Origin: Klebsormidium nitens
Taxonomy: Eukaryota; Plantae; Klebsormidiophyceae
Direction of reading: 5' to 3'
NCBI GenBank assembly: GCA_000708835.1
Contig: DF237137.1
Span: forward strand, 85,574 to 149,573
Length of the DNA stretch: 64,000 bases
In this document: positions 48,501-61,800 of the stretch, in pieces
Numbering within the stretch: the stretch's first letter is position 1
Layout: each line of letters opens with the position of its first letter
Position numbers and translations under genes: made by a program
Notes under the pieces: generated by a model
What the model was told of the DNA's origin: nothing
The model's database searches: none
Seen by the model: the letters and a program-made list of their open reading frames with translations, nothing else

Positions 48501-51500
48501 GGATGACGTCAGCGCGCTCACCGCAATCATGAGCGTCATCAGTTCGTCGCGCAGGCTCTGGTCGTCCATGGCGGTGCCGTCGTCGTCTCGGACCTGAAAC
48601 AAAAACGATACTCTGCTGACTTCATTTTTAAGAACTCCTTACGTTCCTTTCATTGCGTAAAGTGCTTTCGTGGAACGAGCTTTTTGAGCTGCGAATCTAA
48701 ATCGAGCAGACGCAAAAAACGAGCCGTCCGGTTTCATCTACATATGACGAACTGCTGACGAAGAGACACTTCGGTTGCTCCTGCGAAGCTGGAGAATACA
48801 CCTCAATGCCCCTTTTATTAGTTGTGAAATCATCCAAGAGCAGGTTGCAGAAGAAGAGTCCAACCTTTGACAGCTGTTTCATTCGACAAACCGTACCAAG
48901 CACCGCGACAGAACGGAACAAAAGCAGAAGGAACGAAGCAGACCAAACCTGACGTTAGCACGGGGCTTACTTGCAGATACTGCGTCAGCAGATCTCGGAA
49001 CCTGCCTTCAGTCCCTGCATCCCCTTTGCTTGCGGACGCTAACAGCTTTCGCCGGTCGTTTATGAGCCGGTAGATCGCTCGGTCTAGTTTCTCCACGGAA
49101 AGAGTGTACTGGACGTTATCGGGGGTGGGGAACCATTCGGGAACTGCGTGAGGAGGCTTCCGCGTTTCTGAGTAACTTTTATTGGCTGAGAGATGAGAAG
49201 TTTAAACTGTTCAAACACTTTTACGGTTCGAAACCGGAAAGTCTCCAGGAAGTAAGTCAAGGTAATGGGAAGGGGCACAGTCGGTGAATCAAAGTTTTGA
49301 AGAAGTAAGTCATCTTGAAAGGGAGGAGCACAGTCAGTGAACATAAGACTTCGAATACAACACTCAGCGGACAGTAAGGAAACAAGCTGTCAATTTGCGC
49401 ATTGTTACGAGCTTGACAGACACGCAGAGTTATTGGTGACCACTGGAACATGCATGAAACCCACCGATGAGGTCAAAAGACGGTTTGTGCGTCAAAGGCT
49501 ACTGAAGTTGGACTGCAAGGCCGCCTTGCTTGATTTCGAAGGGAGATCCAACTGTGTGAAAGGTATTGAGGTACGGTGCAGATTAAATGACAGTAGCAAA
49601 AGAAATGAAGATGACAATGCTCATGGTTGAAGGCATCCGCCTTCGAATCTGCATTGGCAAGTGAGACGTTGCTTATGCAAATTTCCGAGCTTGGCTGATC
49701 ACATTGTATGAAAGGAGGTCTGTTAGCGAAAAATCTTTGGTGGAGGGCTCAATGGCAAAAGCATACTATTATTCGACTCGAAAGGAGGCCAATTTAATAA
49801 GGCCCGTCAGAGAGTAGGTCAAGCTGGCGGCACTCGCTTCGGAGGGCCAGCACAATTCTTTACTTCGTGCACCAAGAGCGACAAAGTCAAAGGCTCAAGT
49901 ACACCATGTGTTGCTTCCATCTACAGGTGAGTCGTTTTATTCTGCCCCAAGTCGATGTTCGAGCAAGTACAGCTCACCTATTAGCATGCTCGTCGCTCGC
50001 CGCTGAAAAAACTCAAATGCCGCAGTGATTGCCGGCACGACCTCCTCCATGCCCTCCTTTCCACTATTTCCAAACAGTGCGCTAACCACAATGCGAAGTG
50101 TCAGTAGCTTGAAGTCCTCGAACAGGTCCCGATTCGCTGGAGGCCGCCACTCGGAGTCGAGCATCTCGTTTGTAAGGTCGACCATAGCCTGCGAGGAGCA
50201 TCATATCTACATTCGTATCACTCTCTTCGATTTTTCCAGATCTCTACTTCAGCATCAGTTTTGGAGCATAAGGGATGAGGAATCAATGATAGGAGGTAGC
50301 AAAACGGGGGTCATATGATCCTAGAACGGCTGCCGATGGAGGGCGCACGAAAAAGGCGCAAAATTGGGTTTGCCTTAACCCGAAGGTTTGTGAGAAGACC
50401 GAAGTCTTGCTCTCGTCCTTGTCAAGGGAGTTGCTAAACATCTCTCCTCTCAACGTAACTCGACGAACACATAGGCTACAGACCTGGCAGGGCTATAAAC
50501 TGGGTCCGACCGGAATTACAAATCTGTGGGCGGGTACGGTCACGCGTACCGTCGATTGAATTCGATCGACGGTCGAAATTCCAGACGCCGAGTTAAATCG
50601 CAATTTACTACAAGAGACTGATCTTCGGCAGCCATTTGCACAAAACATTGCGCGCGAGTGCCTGCTTAGACTGCTGGTCACTTAACCCTTATAACCCTAG
50701 ACTGCGGGTCAGAAAGGCAGGTACCAATTTCGGGTACAAGGAAGCAACGCAGCCACATGCAACGTAGGGCCAAGTAACACGCTCTCAAGAGCCCCTCCTC
50801 CCAAAAAGGACCAACCAAACCTCCCTCGCAATTTTCATGCTGGACTAGTGTCTAAAAAACCCAAAGCTTCTGGGTATTGAATAGCGAAGAACTGATGTTG
50901 CGAGCAGACGGTAGCTGCTCTGAAGCGTTTCAAGCAGCGGCTTCTTGTTTCAAGCTCATAACCACAGCCACAGGCAATTTAGAAGCAAATGATGTGTTAA
51001 AGGTGGATCATGATGCGAATACTTTTGCAAAGTCGTTATAAAGCAAGAAGGTGCAGCAATTCTTGAGAGACAACTGGTCCTGACTGAATTTAAGGTGTTT
51101 GACTTGAATGCGTTGTCAAGCGGATCAAACGTAATTACAGGTACCAGCTGGCGCATCTTCCGCGTGTCAGTTAACTAAAGATGTTTCGTGACCGACGGGC
51201 CAGGTGCAGTCACTGAAACAGTTGTGCTATGAGAGGAGGAATGGTTCAGACCAAACACAATTGAGGACGAAGGGCCGAAGACACCATACACAATAAGCAG
51301 GCGAAGAAAAGGTCGAGCAACATATGAAACAGGGGAGAGCATAGTTGCTACTCCAAACAATTTTTAACGAAAAAAACCCAGCGAACAAACCGATAGGAGC
51401 CTTACTTTGCCATACGTGTCCACTGCGGCTCGTCGAAATGCGGGGTTGGACAGCCTCCGCTGCCGCTTCCAGACGTCGCCGTCGCTGACTAAGAGGCCAT

Positions 51501-54269
51501 TCCCGGCCAGGCTGCTCCCAGGGAACAGGGCCGTTCCGGACTGCGACATAGAAGCAACAGAAGTCTTCTTCAGCGGAAGCTCGCTTATAATGTTGGAACA
51601 CTGCTGTTGACATTAATGTTGGAGCAAGACCTAGCATGGACCAATTCTTTCAATAGGAAGGGGCCTCTGAAAGAATCGCAGGTAAGGGCCGAATCGGAAG
51701 AGCTCGCAGAGCCTTCGTTTTGAACCCGCCACACCGTATTTGTTTTGGCCACTGAACATTATTACCCTGATGTCAGCAAAAAGCAACGAACTGATGCTCT
51801 ATCATCGAGCTCAGAGTACGTAAAATCCAAGCGTAGTTCGAACCAAAGATTGAGACCCTGGTGCAGCATTGCAAGAAGCTCTCAACGGCTCTAGTAACTT
51901 TCCGGTTTGTAGTGGAGCCTTAGAGGCGGAGGCTTGACAGCATTGCTTTGGTGATGCCTTAGCAGCAATGAGGAATAAGCGCTGCTAATTGCAGCAAAGA
52001 GCGATCTCTAGGGCTTCGGCAGGAAGGATCGTGTCCTGCTTGTTGCTTTCCGCTTGTTTTTCGTTCTCAGCTCCTTCAATGATTGCAACTGTCTTGAAAT
52101 TGAAACTATTCGACCCTATTCCAGGGCTTTCAAGGTCTCACCTTGATGAAGATGGAGGACTGGTCGATCATAATCTCTTTAGCGAGCTTCCTGCGGGGCA
52201 AGTGTTGGGGACGTGTCAGTAGCGGTACGCATCAAGTGGAGCGCATTTGACTGAAGTGTAAAACAGACTGCCTATTGGGGAAAGCGACTTGTCAACAAAC
52301 GCTCAACCACTGCAGTGCAACTCAGAAGCTTTTCCTGGAGATCAGATTTGATGTTCTTCAAGGTCGGATACGAGACACAAAGGGAAGATCTATCCAAGTA
52401 GAGGATGTCAACGAAAGCTGAGGCGTACACTGCAAACAGTTTCAACACACCGATGGAGACTTGACTCTGTAATACCGATCTAAGAGGGTGCCACACCAAA
52501 GATTCACGAAGATACTCACGGGTCACTGACCAACACAACATTCTCCCCCGCCAACTTGAACCCCGCAAAGCCCCCGTACTGCCTCGTCGTGTCCTCGATA
52601 AACCTGAGGGGATCCCCCGCCATCGCTAGTGCTGCGTCCCCTGACGGTCCTGGGGGCAGCCCTGGGGCGACAGGTGTCAGCAGGTTTTGCACCCGGGTTG
52701 CCGCGTCCTGAGCCGTTTCGACAGCGTTTTGTAAGCTGCGGACCTGAGGTAAGATGGGGGAGGGGTTAGCCTGAACTTGATCTGGTTGAGACCAAGGTTA
52801 GCTGGACCAAACCTACAACCAAACCTCAGGAATAAATTTGAGAATTTTGGGAGAAGGTTAGATTGGACCAAACCTTGAACCACACCTCAATGACAAGTTT
52901 GAGAATAGTCTGGGGTCAGCCAAAAAATGGCTTTCGAACCAAGGGCACATATGGGAGTCATTATTTTGTTAGTAGAACTCGACCGGAGTATGTTGTTTAA
53001 GAATGCACCACCTTGGAAGTTTGGTTGGAGTTGACCAGGGTGAGGCGGCCCAAGCCTAGCGGTCCGCGAATGTCAATGAGCGCACGAGCACAGCAGCTTT
53101 AAATGTGGGCCGTCAACAGGCTCCTTTCCGAGACCTCCCCACTCTCAGAAAGGCAGGCAAACGAATCCTCAATTACTTTCTGGAAATGAATAATCCACAA
53201 TTTTGCAAACCTGTCCCTAGAAATCCGCGGGCGGCACCACCCTGTGTCCACGTTACAAAGAAGCCTTCTTCCTACACGGATTTGCCGTTTTATGTTGATT
53301 TGACATCATACCCACAGTCTCTGTGACTACCACCAACTACATTGCTCCCACCACCACTTGCAGCCCCTTTCAGCAGCCAAACACAAAATGCAATCTTTTC
53401 CTGAAGTCCCGCTAAGAACAGCTGATCAAAGTAAAACAGTCTTTGCCCAAAAAACTCCGCCAACATAGTAATAGACCACGAGAGACCAGGGAAGAGCTGG
53501 GACTGAGAACAGGCTGAGTCCAAAAAGAACTTCAGTCCAGCTTAAAATTGGATTCAAGTATAAGATCAGGAATAACCTAGGATTTGGGTGTAGTTAAGCC
53601 CCAGTTACTGACCTGCATCTTCCAGCTGACCGCCAGCAGCGCCTGGACCAGCTCAGTGTCCCCGGGACCAGGGCCGCTCACAAGCCCCGTCAGCGACTCC
53701 AGAGCGCGTCCAAGATTTGCCACGTCCGGCCACCACCCATCGCCCGAAACTGAAATGTTCTCCGCTGCAGCTCCATTTGTTTCCATTCGAACAGCCTCCG
53801 ATGGTTGATACGCTCTCGTGCTTTCCGTCCTGCTATTCCTGAGAGATTCTGCGTTTGCCTCTGAGACTTGCGTGTCTCTGACAGCTTGGCTGGGCGTGAC
53901 TGAGGGGGTTTCTTCCTCATCAAAAATAGGCTGCCGCCGCCGCCGCCGGCTGCCAAGGCCCGCCAATTGTGAGCTAAGAGTCGAGGTGTCGGCCAATTCT
54001 TCCGTCACCGGAATGCTTGCGTCGTCCCTGCGCTTACGCCCACCTCTCTCTGGGAGCGCCTGTGCGGTGATTGAATTCAATCTCTTGCTAGCGGCATTCT
54101 GCTGGCAGCTTTTATTGACGCGGTGGTCAAAGATACATTGCAATGCTGGATAGCAGCAACTTTGAGCAGAAATGATACATAAGGACTGTGATGGCCAATT
54201 AGTGGCCGAGTTGAAAGAAACAGCATTGGGAGCTGCTGCGGAACAGAAAGTGCCGATGTGACTTGTCAT
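45565..54269 (-). CDS. Cytochrome P450, bacterial-like, probably CYP746 family; long N-terminal transit-like extension
   Basis: LPPGPSGD...GDPLRFI, LFPGSSLAGNGLLVSDGDVWKRQRRLSNPAFRR, RDELMTLMIA|GQETS (I-helix), ETMR (ExxR), FDPDRW, YGAGPRVCIG (heme Cys ~46495). About 11 exons. Family assignment is from recalled similarity, not a search. Confidence 0.9.
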
Positions 54270-55471
54270 CTCTGCACCAGAATGTGCGCGCTGGCTCTGT
54301 CAAAAGCTTTCAGAGTTGGAGGCGTGTTGAGGTTGTATGCAGATAACCTTGTCAATGCTATTGGCTGCGTCCCCTTCCCAACCATATGAGAATGCTCTTC
54401 CAAAACTAGGTACCTCACACGGGTGCTCATCTGCAACTTTGCTTCGTTCACTGGCCGTCAGTGAAGGCAGAAACTGACAAGCGCGCCCGCCGCCCCACCA
54501 AAATCGACGGTGACGTGAGCCTTCTTGAACCCACAAGTACATTCTTTGCCCGTACGCAGGTTTATAGGGCCAAGTCTAACCCTGATTACGTTCTTCGGAA
54601 CACTCGATAAAATTGGAAAGATACAGAGAAGATTAGCATGGCCCCTGCGCAAGGATGACACGCACAAATCGAGAAATGGTCCAAATTTTTTAGCTGTTTC
54701 GCCAATCAAGGCCTTCTTCCATCCTGCTCCCTCGAGGTTTGTAGAAACTTTTGGCGAGCACTAGCATTTAAGTACGCCAACTGGGATGCCAACAATCGAG
54801 TTGTACCTACAAGCGGTCAAAACGGACATGGGGCAGCGTCGCACAATAGCGAAATTGAGCCTATTCATACAACGGCCCGGGGTCAAGGACGGTTGCTACA
54901 TCGAGGCAATATTAGAGCATCTATGATTGCTTTCCAAGCTACAGTAGTTTTCTTATCTTCGTCTGCGGAAAGCTTGTGCACCGGCAGCAGATTCAATCAA
55001 TCGTAGGCAGCGATCCGGTCAACATGTAACTTGAGAATTAGAATCGCAAAGCAGCATGAGAAGTACGAGCTTTGCAATAATTATAGTACGTTCAGAACAG
55101 TGGAGCATATATATACTGACATAGCAATCCATGTTTGTTTGATACAATATAAGCCAATTACTTAGCTTCTATATATCATCGCAGCGGTCACCCCATATGG
55201 CAAAGTTGGTCGTCATTTAGACATATCTTCGTGTGCTATATATTCGGATATTACGTCATCATCTTCATGCTATGATCGGATGCTCATATGTTACATGATC
55301 AACTTCATGCTATTCGATCAGATCATCAGATGATCATTGGCATGCGTCGAACTTCAAGTATATACCATGGTATAATCAATGTTTGTTAACATCGATGCTT
55401 CAGTTGAAACCGGAACCTTTAACTCTTTGATGGCTGCGGCACATCATATACACAGATCTTCTGTGACAAAT

Positions 55472-58201
55472 TTACGACGTCCTCGTTGACGCCCCTCTTC
55501 GTCGAGATCTCGTTGGGGCCATCTCCCACCCCTCCGCAACTTCTTCTTCGCTCAATTTCGGGAGCGGCTCCGCTGGTGGCCGACTGTCCACTGGCGCTTC
55601 TACCTCCATCCCGTCTGCTGACATCGCGCTACTAGTTCCAGACCGCTCTTGGTGCTGTTCGGACGGACCTGCGTCTTCCATCCCGTCGACGCCCTCTGCC
55701 GGTTCTAAGGGCTCTGCTAAGTCGAGCTGCAGATGAAGAATGGAGACTTCAGATAGAGAAGAGAAAGTTCAAGTTCGTAAGGAGTCGTCTGCCAGTCTCG
55801 GCAGAGGACAGCCGTCTACCAGTAACACTTAGATTGCCACCAAGCAAAGTACGATGACAATAATACGACTAAGCTTGGCTCCGAAGGGGTGGCCCTAACA
55901 GGCGGGACATACGTGCGATGGCCTGAACAGTTGCGGCCTCACCAACCTCTTTGAAAAGTACAATTAGGAACACAGATGCGACAGGATGATCTGCGCCTTG
56001 CCCCAATAGGAAACTATAGTTCACAGAAGGTGCACCCCACCTTGCACAACCCATTCCTCAGGCAGTCAAAACTCTTGTGATACCTCGAGCACCAACGCCT
56101 TTATAGTCCTACCAAGGATCGGTGACCGAGAACACCTTGACGAACCCGCTTCTTGTCGAAGTTCAAACCTCTCAAATTGGAGAGATACTATGTACTGGCC
56201 AGTCAAATTGGGGACTTAAACTTCGACTAAACCAAAGGAACTCGGAAGCGTATCAAGGCACCCTGGGCGCCCTGAAAACGATGCTACTGCTTCTCAACGG
56301 CAAACTTGGCTGCTATCTGCAGAGTGGAAACCCTTCTCGGAAAGAAAACAACTCTTGAACGCGCAATCAACCCCCAGATTCGGCTGCCCCAAGCGGGCGA
56401 GACGCCTTTGGAGAGCAAAAACTCTACCGAAAACAGTGTATCCGTCTGCTGCGAAATACTCTTATGAAGCTAAAAGCAGGCATGTGCCATATGTACTCGC
56501 TGCTCATCAATACAATTCCCCTCGCCTTTACTTTGCGGTCCGGGAAACAATGTTACGTTGCCGGTTCCTCACCTGGCTGCTCTGCGCCAGCGCCCCCCTC
56601 CCCTTTGCGGCAGTCGCCTGGAGCCGACGCACCTCATTGTAGTTGCCTTGCGCACAACCGGTGTACACACCCACCAGCAGCTCGGCGACCTGGGGCCAAT
56701 TCGAGCAACCTCAGGACTTCTTCTAAAGTTATTTCTTATAATAATAGAATCCTTCACTGTCCGAACGAGTCATGTCTTCTCCGAATCATGTCTTCCCCGA
56801 TCTCAAGAGGTGCAGACTCAAACGGGAGTTCGCTAACACATTCAAAGCGGAAACAAGATCAAAGTGTATGAAAGTGCAGAACAGTGGTTGCGCTGCCGCA
56901 AAGAATCTCTGGATGAAAGCACACTCCGATGGTTCACTCTGAGTTTGAACATGCTAGGGCCTCAGCTAACCATTCGCTTTCTAACCATTCGCTTTCATGC
57001 AGCACCCAACATCAGAGTTTGAAGAAGACTGCTAATGGGAAGTTTGTTCTTGACATTTCAGCCTTTGCTTTCCGAGCGGCCTTACCTCCAGTATGCTCCC
57101 ATCCTCTGCCTCCGTGTTGAAGCCTTGGACCAAGGCATCATCCAGCATAGGCTCCAAGTCATCAGAGTAGAATGGAGCTGCAAAAAGGGGGAACAAAGGG
57201 ATTTGACCTTGAGAAACTAACCAAATCTGTGGCCCAGATGTTCACAGAAAGTTGGGTGTCAGCTAAACATCGAAAAACGCACATATGAGATTCCTCGACT
57301 GCCTACAATCTTCACAAGAAGAAAAGAAATGGTAAATGTACGACAAGTGTGAGGTTTGACTGGTTTAGGGGGAAATGCGCATGCACCTAACTTCAGATTC
57401 GGGTTTGTAGGTTAATTTCAAGTTTGGGGCACAATTGCGCTTCAGAAAGCAATGCATGAGCAGGGCCTATGGAATCAAGGAAGGGGACCGCTAGATGATA
57501 GACGCTGCCCTCTTGATCTTGAGTTTCTGCAGCTCACCCTAGGGGGAAAAGGCCTGCGAATCACCTGATCATCATTCTAGTAGTTCCACCAACATTAAAA
57601 AAAGTTGATCAGAAGAAGGCAGACACTTCCGAGCAATAGATGATCACAACAAACCTGAAGACATGATTGAATTCACCACAGTCTACAAGTGTGATTTTGA
57701 CAGGACACCCTGCGGCCACATTATGCTGCTGCATATAGAGCTACTCTAGATGATTTGTTTTAGATAACCCTCGATAGACCCATATCTTGCAGGGTCATCA
57801 TTACCAAAAGGCATCAGCAGACAAACCCTGCATCATTTCTGGACAGTCCGCGCACACTAACAGCGAAACGGGCTCAACTACCCACTGCCAACTTGTGCGC
57901 TGAACGACGGCACTATCCACAAGGCATCTGTTGAAGTTTCAATCAAACGTGTGAATTATTCCAAGGCCCTTTCAGAAAAAACAACACGTCACCACTCACG
58001 CTTGCCCCGATAGAACCAGTTCACGACATCCCCCTCTAGTTGCTTCAGCCTCTCCCGGCTTCTTGGGCCCCCCCACTCGTTCTCCACTGCCAGCTGCAAT
58101 GCCGTCCAAGTACCCATGCACAAGCGAACGCCCTCCCGGAACCAGGCGTCCTGCTCTGCAGGAGTGGGTGGCGCAACCACCGTGCCGCTGCGCAGCTCCA
58201 T
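55472..58201 (-). CDS. TSR2: Pre-rRNA-processing protein TSR2 (WGG domain)
   Basis: WTALQLAVENEWGGPRSRE...VVNWF | FYSDDLEPMLDDALVQGFNTEAEDGSILE | VAELLVGVYTGCAQGNY, then an acidic tail ending EGWEMAPTRSRRR. Confidence 0.88.
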
Positions 58202-58831
58202 AACTGCGAGCTAGCTACAACCTTATCACTGTGAGCTGAGGAGCCGGTGGCAACACCCACTCTCCCTGGTTGCCTGCCTGCAGAACTAAAAGATGGCCGG
58301 CAGAAGCCAGAGACACACACACACGAGCCAGAGAGAACTTGGACTTGAAGGTTGAAGAGCTCTCGATCAGTTGTGCTCAGCACGATGCATGTGTAGGATA
58401 TGCTGCCATGGCAGGCTCTACACCGGTCGAGAGTGGTAACAGTCACACCATCTCGTCAGATAGAATCCGACTGTGAACGGTAATGGTTTCGCTATTTAAT
58501 GTACACTGCCAACAGGGCTATGACCTTGTTCTTCTTTCCCGAGCCCTGACTTTCCGTAGAACGCGGCGCTTGCATTACAAACTGAGTTGGCGAGAGTTCC
58601 ATCTTCAACCTGAGACACGAAGCTCGCACTCCTCGTTGGTGGTTCATGCATCTAGGACTAGCTTTCAAGTTTCAGATCGCTGCTTCAGAGCAGACCAACA
58701 CGTTCAGAGCAGAGAGCTGAGCAACTGCAAGGCGCCATTTGTGTGCCTTTTTGAGACCAGTACTTTCTCCAATCACAGGCTAATCTCTAAAAGGATCTTG
58801 TGAAGAAACCTACAAACTAGACTGGCCTTCT

Positions 58832-61800
58832 GTGCACACCATGGCCACGGCCCACGCTGCCTCTCGGGCAGCCCTTCTATCCCCCCCTCCTTGCAAAGCA
58901 CGTCGCACCTCCCACAACCCTCATCCCAATGCTGCCGCCGCCAGGTGTTTCTCAGGCCCAGGGCAAATATCTCAGAGCTTCGATGGCACGCAGAAGCAGT
59001 TCTTGGGGGTGAGGTGGGATTCGTCTTGGGTTTTGAGAAGAAGCGCAATGCCGCCAGCTTGTAAGAGAGCCGCTGTGAGAGCGATAGCAGCTCCAGAGCG
59101 GGCGGCGGCGACGGTCTCGGCCCCGGCGAAGTCGCTGGGAGACGAGACGCGGCCTGACTTTGCTATTCTACACCAGGTCGGTGATTAGTTTATGGTTCTG
59201 TGATTTGTTGCCCACTTGGACAGCGGTGATGAAGTGTGTGGGTGTGTCATGTTGAGGGCGTATGTCAATTCTCAGCTCCGTATTCCCCAGATGGGCTGAG
59301 ATCGTTACTTCCATACCCTCAAGTTATTGATGTACCGGAGCCCTGTTGTCTTTCAGTTATGTTGTTTTCAGGGTTCACTGAGTGGGTTGGTTCATAGCAT
59401 TGCTGGAAAGGTCCTCGAAAGCAGCAGAACAACTAAAAACCTCTTGTCAGGAATCTAAGGATTCGGAAGAATGATCCAAGAATGGATTCCTAGAATTGCG
59501 AAGACGTATGCATTGAAACTCTGACTGCACAAATTGAGGGGGCCATTCAGCTCCTCCCCCTTAACAAGGCTAACGGACAGAGGAGAGGAATTGGAAGTCG
59601 ACACCTGCCAACTCATACTTGTAAGAACTGACAGGCTCGAGTGAGCCACTGTTGAGTGACAATGTCACTTCAACTTGCTCTTCTTCATAGACCAAGGGCA
59701 GCCTGCACAAACAGAGGAGATAGAATTGCAGACACGAAAGGGTGGAGTTTGACAAAGAGTCAAGTCCTTTACCTAAAAGAAAGCGTTGTTGTTCGGCATA
59801 TGTACTTTATATACATAAAATACAGAATTTATCTTTATATTTATTGCAGGAGGTGGAGGGCAACCCACTCGTGTACCTCGACAATGCGGCGACGTCACAA
59901 AAGCCACGCCAAGTGCTCCAAGCGCTTGAAAACTACTACAAAGGGTACAACTCAAATGTGCACCGGGGAACGCACAAGCTGAGCGCGATGGCCACCGACG
60001 AGTACGAGAAGGCGCGGATCAAAGTTGCAAAGTTCGTGAACTCTCCAACCGACCGGCAGATTATCTTCACGCGGGGTGCGACGGAGGCGATCAATCTGGT
60101 GGCGTACAGTTGGGGGCTGAACAACCTGAAGGCGGGGGACGAGGTGAGATTTAACACATTGATCTTTTGAACGGTTCGCTGCAAAAGAAACTTTTTGAGA
60201 ATATCTCCAGTGGGAAATTTTCGGCAGGGTAGAGTTGGGGCTGATCAACACGAAGCCGGAGGACGAGGTGAGTGGTGACACCGTTAAGCTCTTGATCAAG
60301 TAGACCAAGCATTTTTCGTGTTGTGGTGTCAAGGCTGCTGACCTTCTCTCTGGGGCTGACAACTGGCAAGAAACAGGAGGAGGTGGCTTGACTTGACACC
60401 GTTCTGGCAAGAGTCGAATGGCCTTGCTTCAACGAGTCTTTTTCTTGCTGGCCGATGCTGCTCATGGTTACACACAAGTTACACATGCTGGAGGCCTTCT
60501 CCAGCCGGTGCCTCAGATCATCGTCAACGTCAGCCGAGAAAGGCCACTTGTTCACACATACTGGCTGTGGGGATTGGCTTTGGGGACCTGCCAGGCAAAA
60601 TATTCATTGTTGCGCAGATTTGACAGGCTAGTAAAGTTTCAGTGGCAGTCCCCGAACGGTGGGCTGGGAGATGTTGGTCAAGAGTTTCTCGGCCAACGCC
60701 GCCGTCAACGGCGGGCGAAAGTTGGCCGATCCGGCTGCTGAATGGAGCTCTTCCGGCATGTGTGACCAGTTTCAGGTTGTTTACATGGCTGTTCCCAAAA
60801 ACACCTCAGGCTGGCACCAACGCTGCCCACCTTGCTCTTCCAAGATTGTCGAACTCAATCGGAGGCTAAGCAGGAGCGACCGTCATCAGGACTCAAAAGA
60901 TGGCAAGGAGAAGGTTTGAGTTGTTTGGTGGGAAAATGAGTTCATTGTCACCTTGTTACGTACGAGACACTTCAATACGCCTGGACGAACCTAACCACTA
61001 GAGACCAAGTGAAAAGAAGCCTGGACAATGTCTATCCTGAAGATAGACTTTTCATAGCTTTTGCAGATTGTGCTGTCCTAGATGGAGCGACACAGCAATA
61101 TTTACTTTCATGCTCTCAAATTCCTCACCAGAGACCGAGCGAAAGGCTCCCCTAGGAGCACTGCACTAGAAAACGGCTTTTTCTTTCCTGCGCATATTGT
61201 GCTAACCGGAACGGAGCTTCACATCAGCGACCTTTCTCTGGCACATTGGAGACCAAAGGAGAGTAGAAACTCTTCAAATCACTGTTGATATTCCACCATC
61301 TCTGCAGATCGTGTTGTCCCCAACGGATAACCACTGCAAGATCCTAGTCTCACACTTGTCCGTACTCGCATCGAACGATCAAGTTTCATTTTGGACTACT
61401 TAGTCTCTCTATGTAAGAGACTGACTGATTACTTCTTTGCAGATCGTACTGTCCCAAATGGAGCACCACAGCAACATCGTGCCGTGGCAGCTGGTCGCTG
61501 AGAGGACGGGCGCACTCATCCGCTTTGTGGGCCTCACCGAGCACGAGCAACTAGACATGGAACAGTTTCGGAACGCGCTCAGCAACCGCACCAAGCTGGT
61601 GGCGGTCGTGCACGTCTCCAACACGCTCGGTGAGCGGCCGGCCGTAACGTCTGAATCCATTCGATGTCATGCATTGTTGGTTGAGTCTGCCTTGTCTACG
61701 AACTGCGTATTCCCTCAGGTTCCTCGTTCTCGTCTTCGTGGTTCCTGTGTTAGGCGCGGTCCGTGTGCGTCAGTTGTCTGTTTGAGGCCAGCAACGTGGC

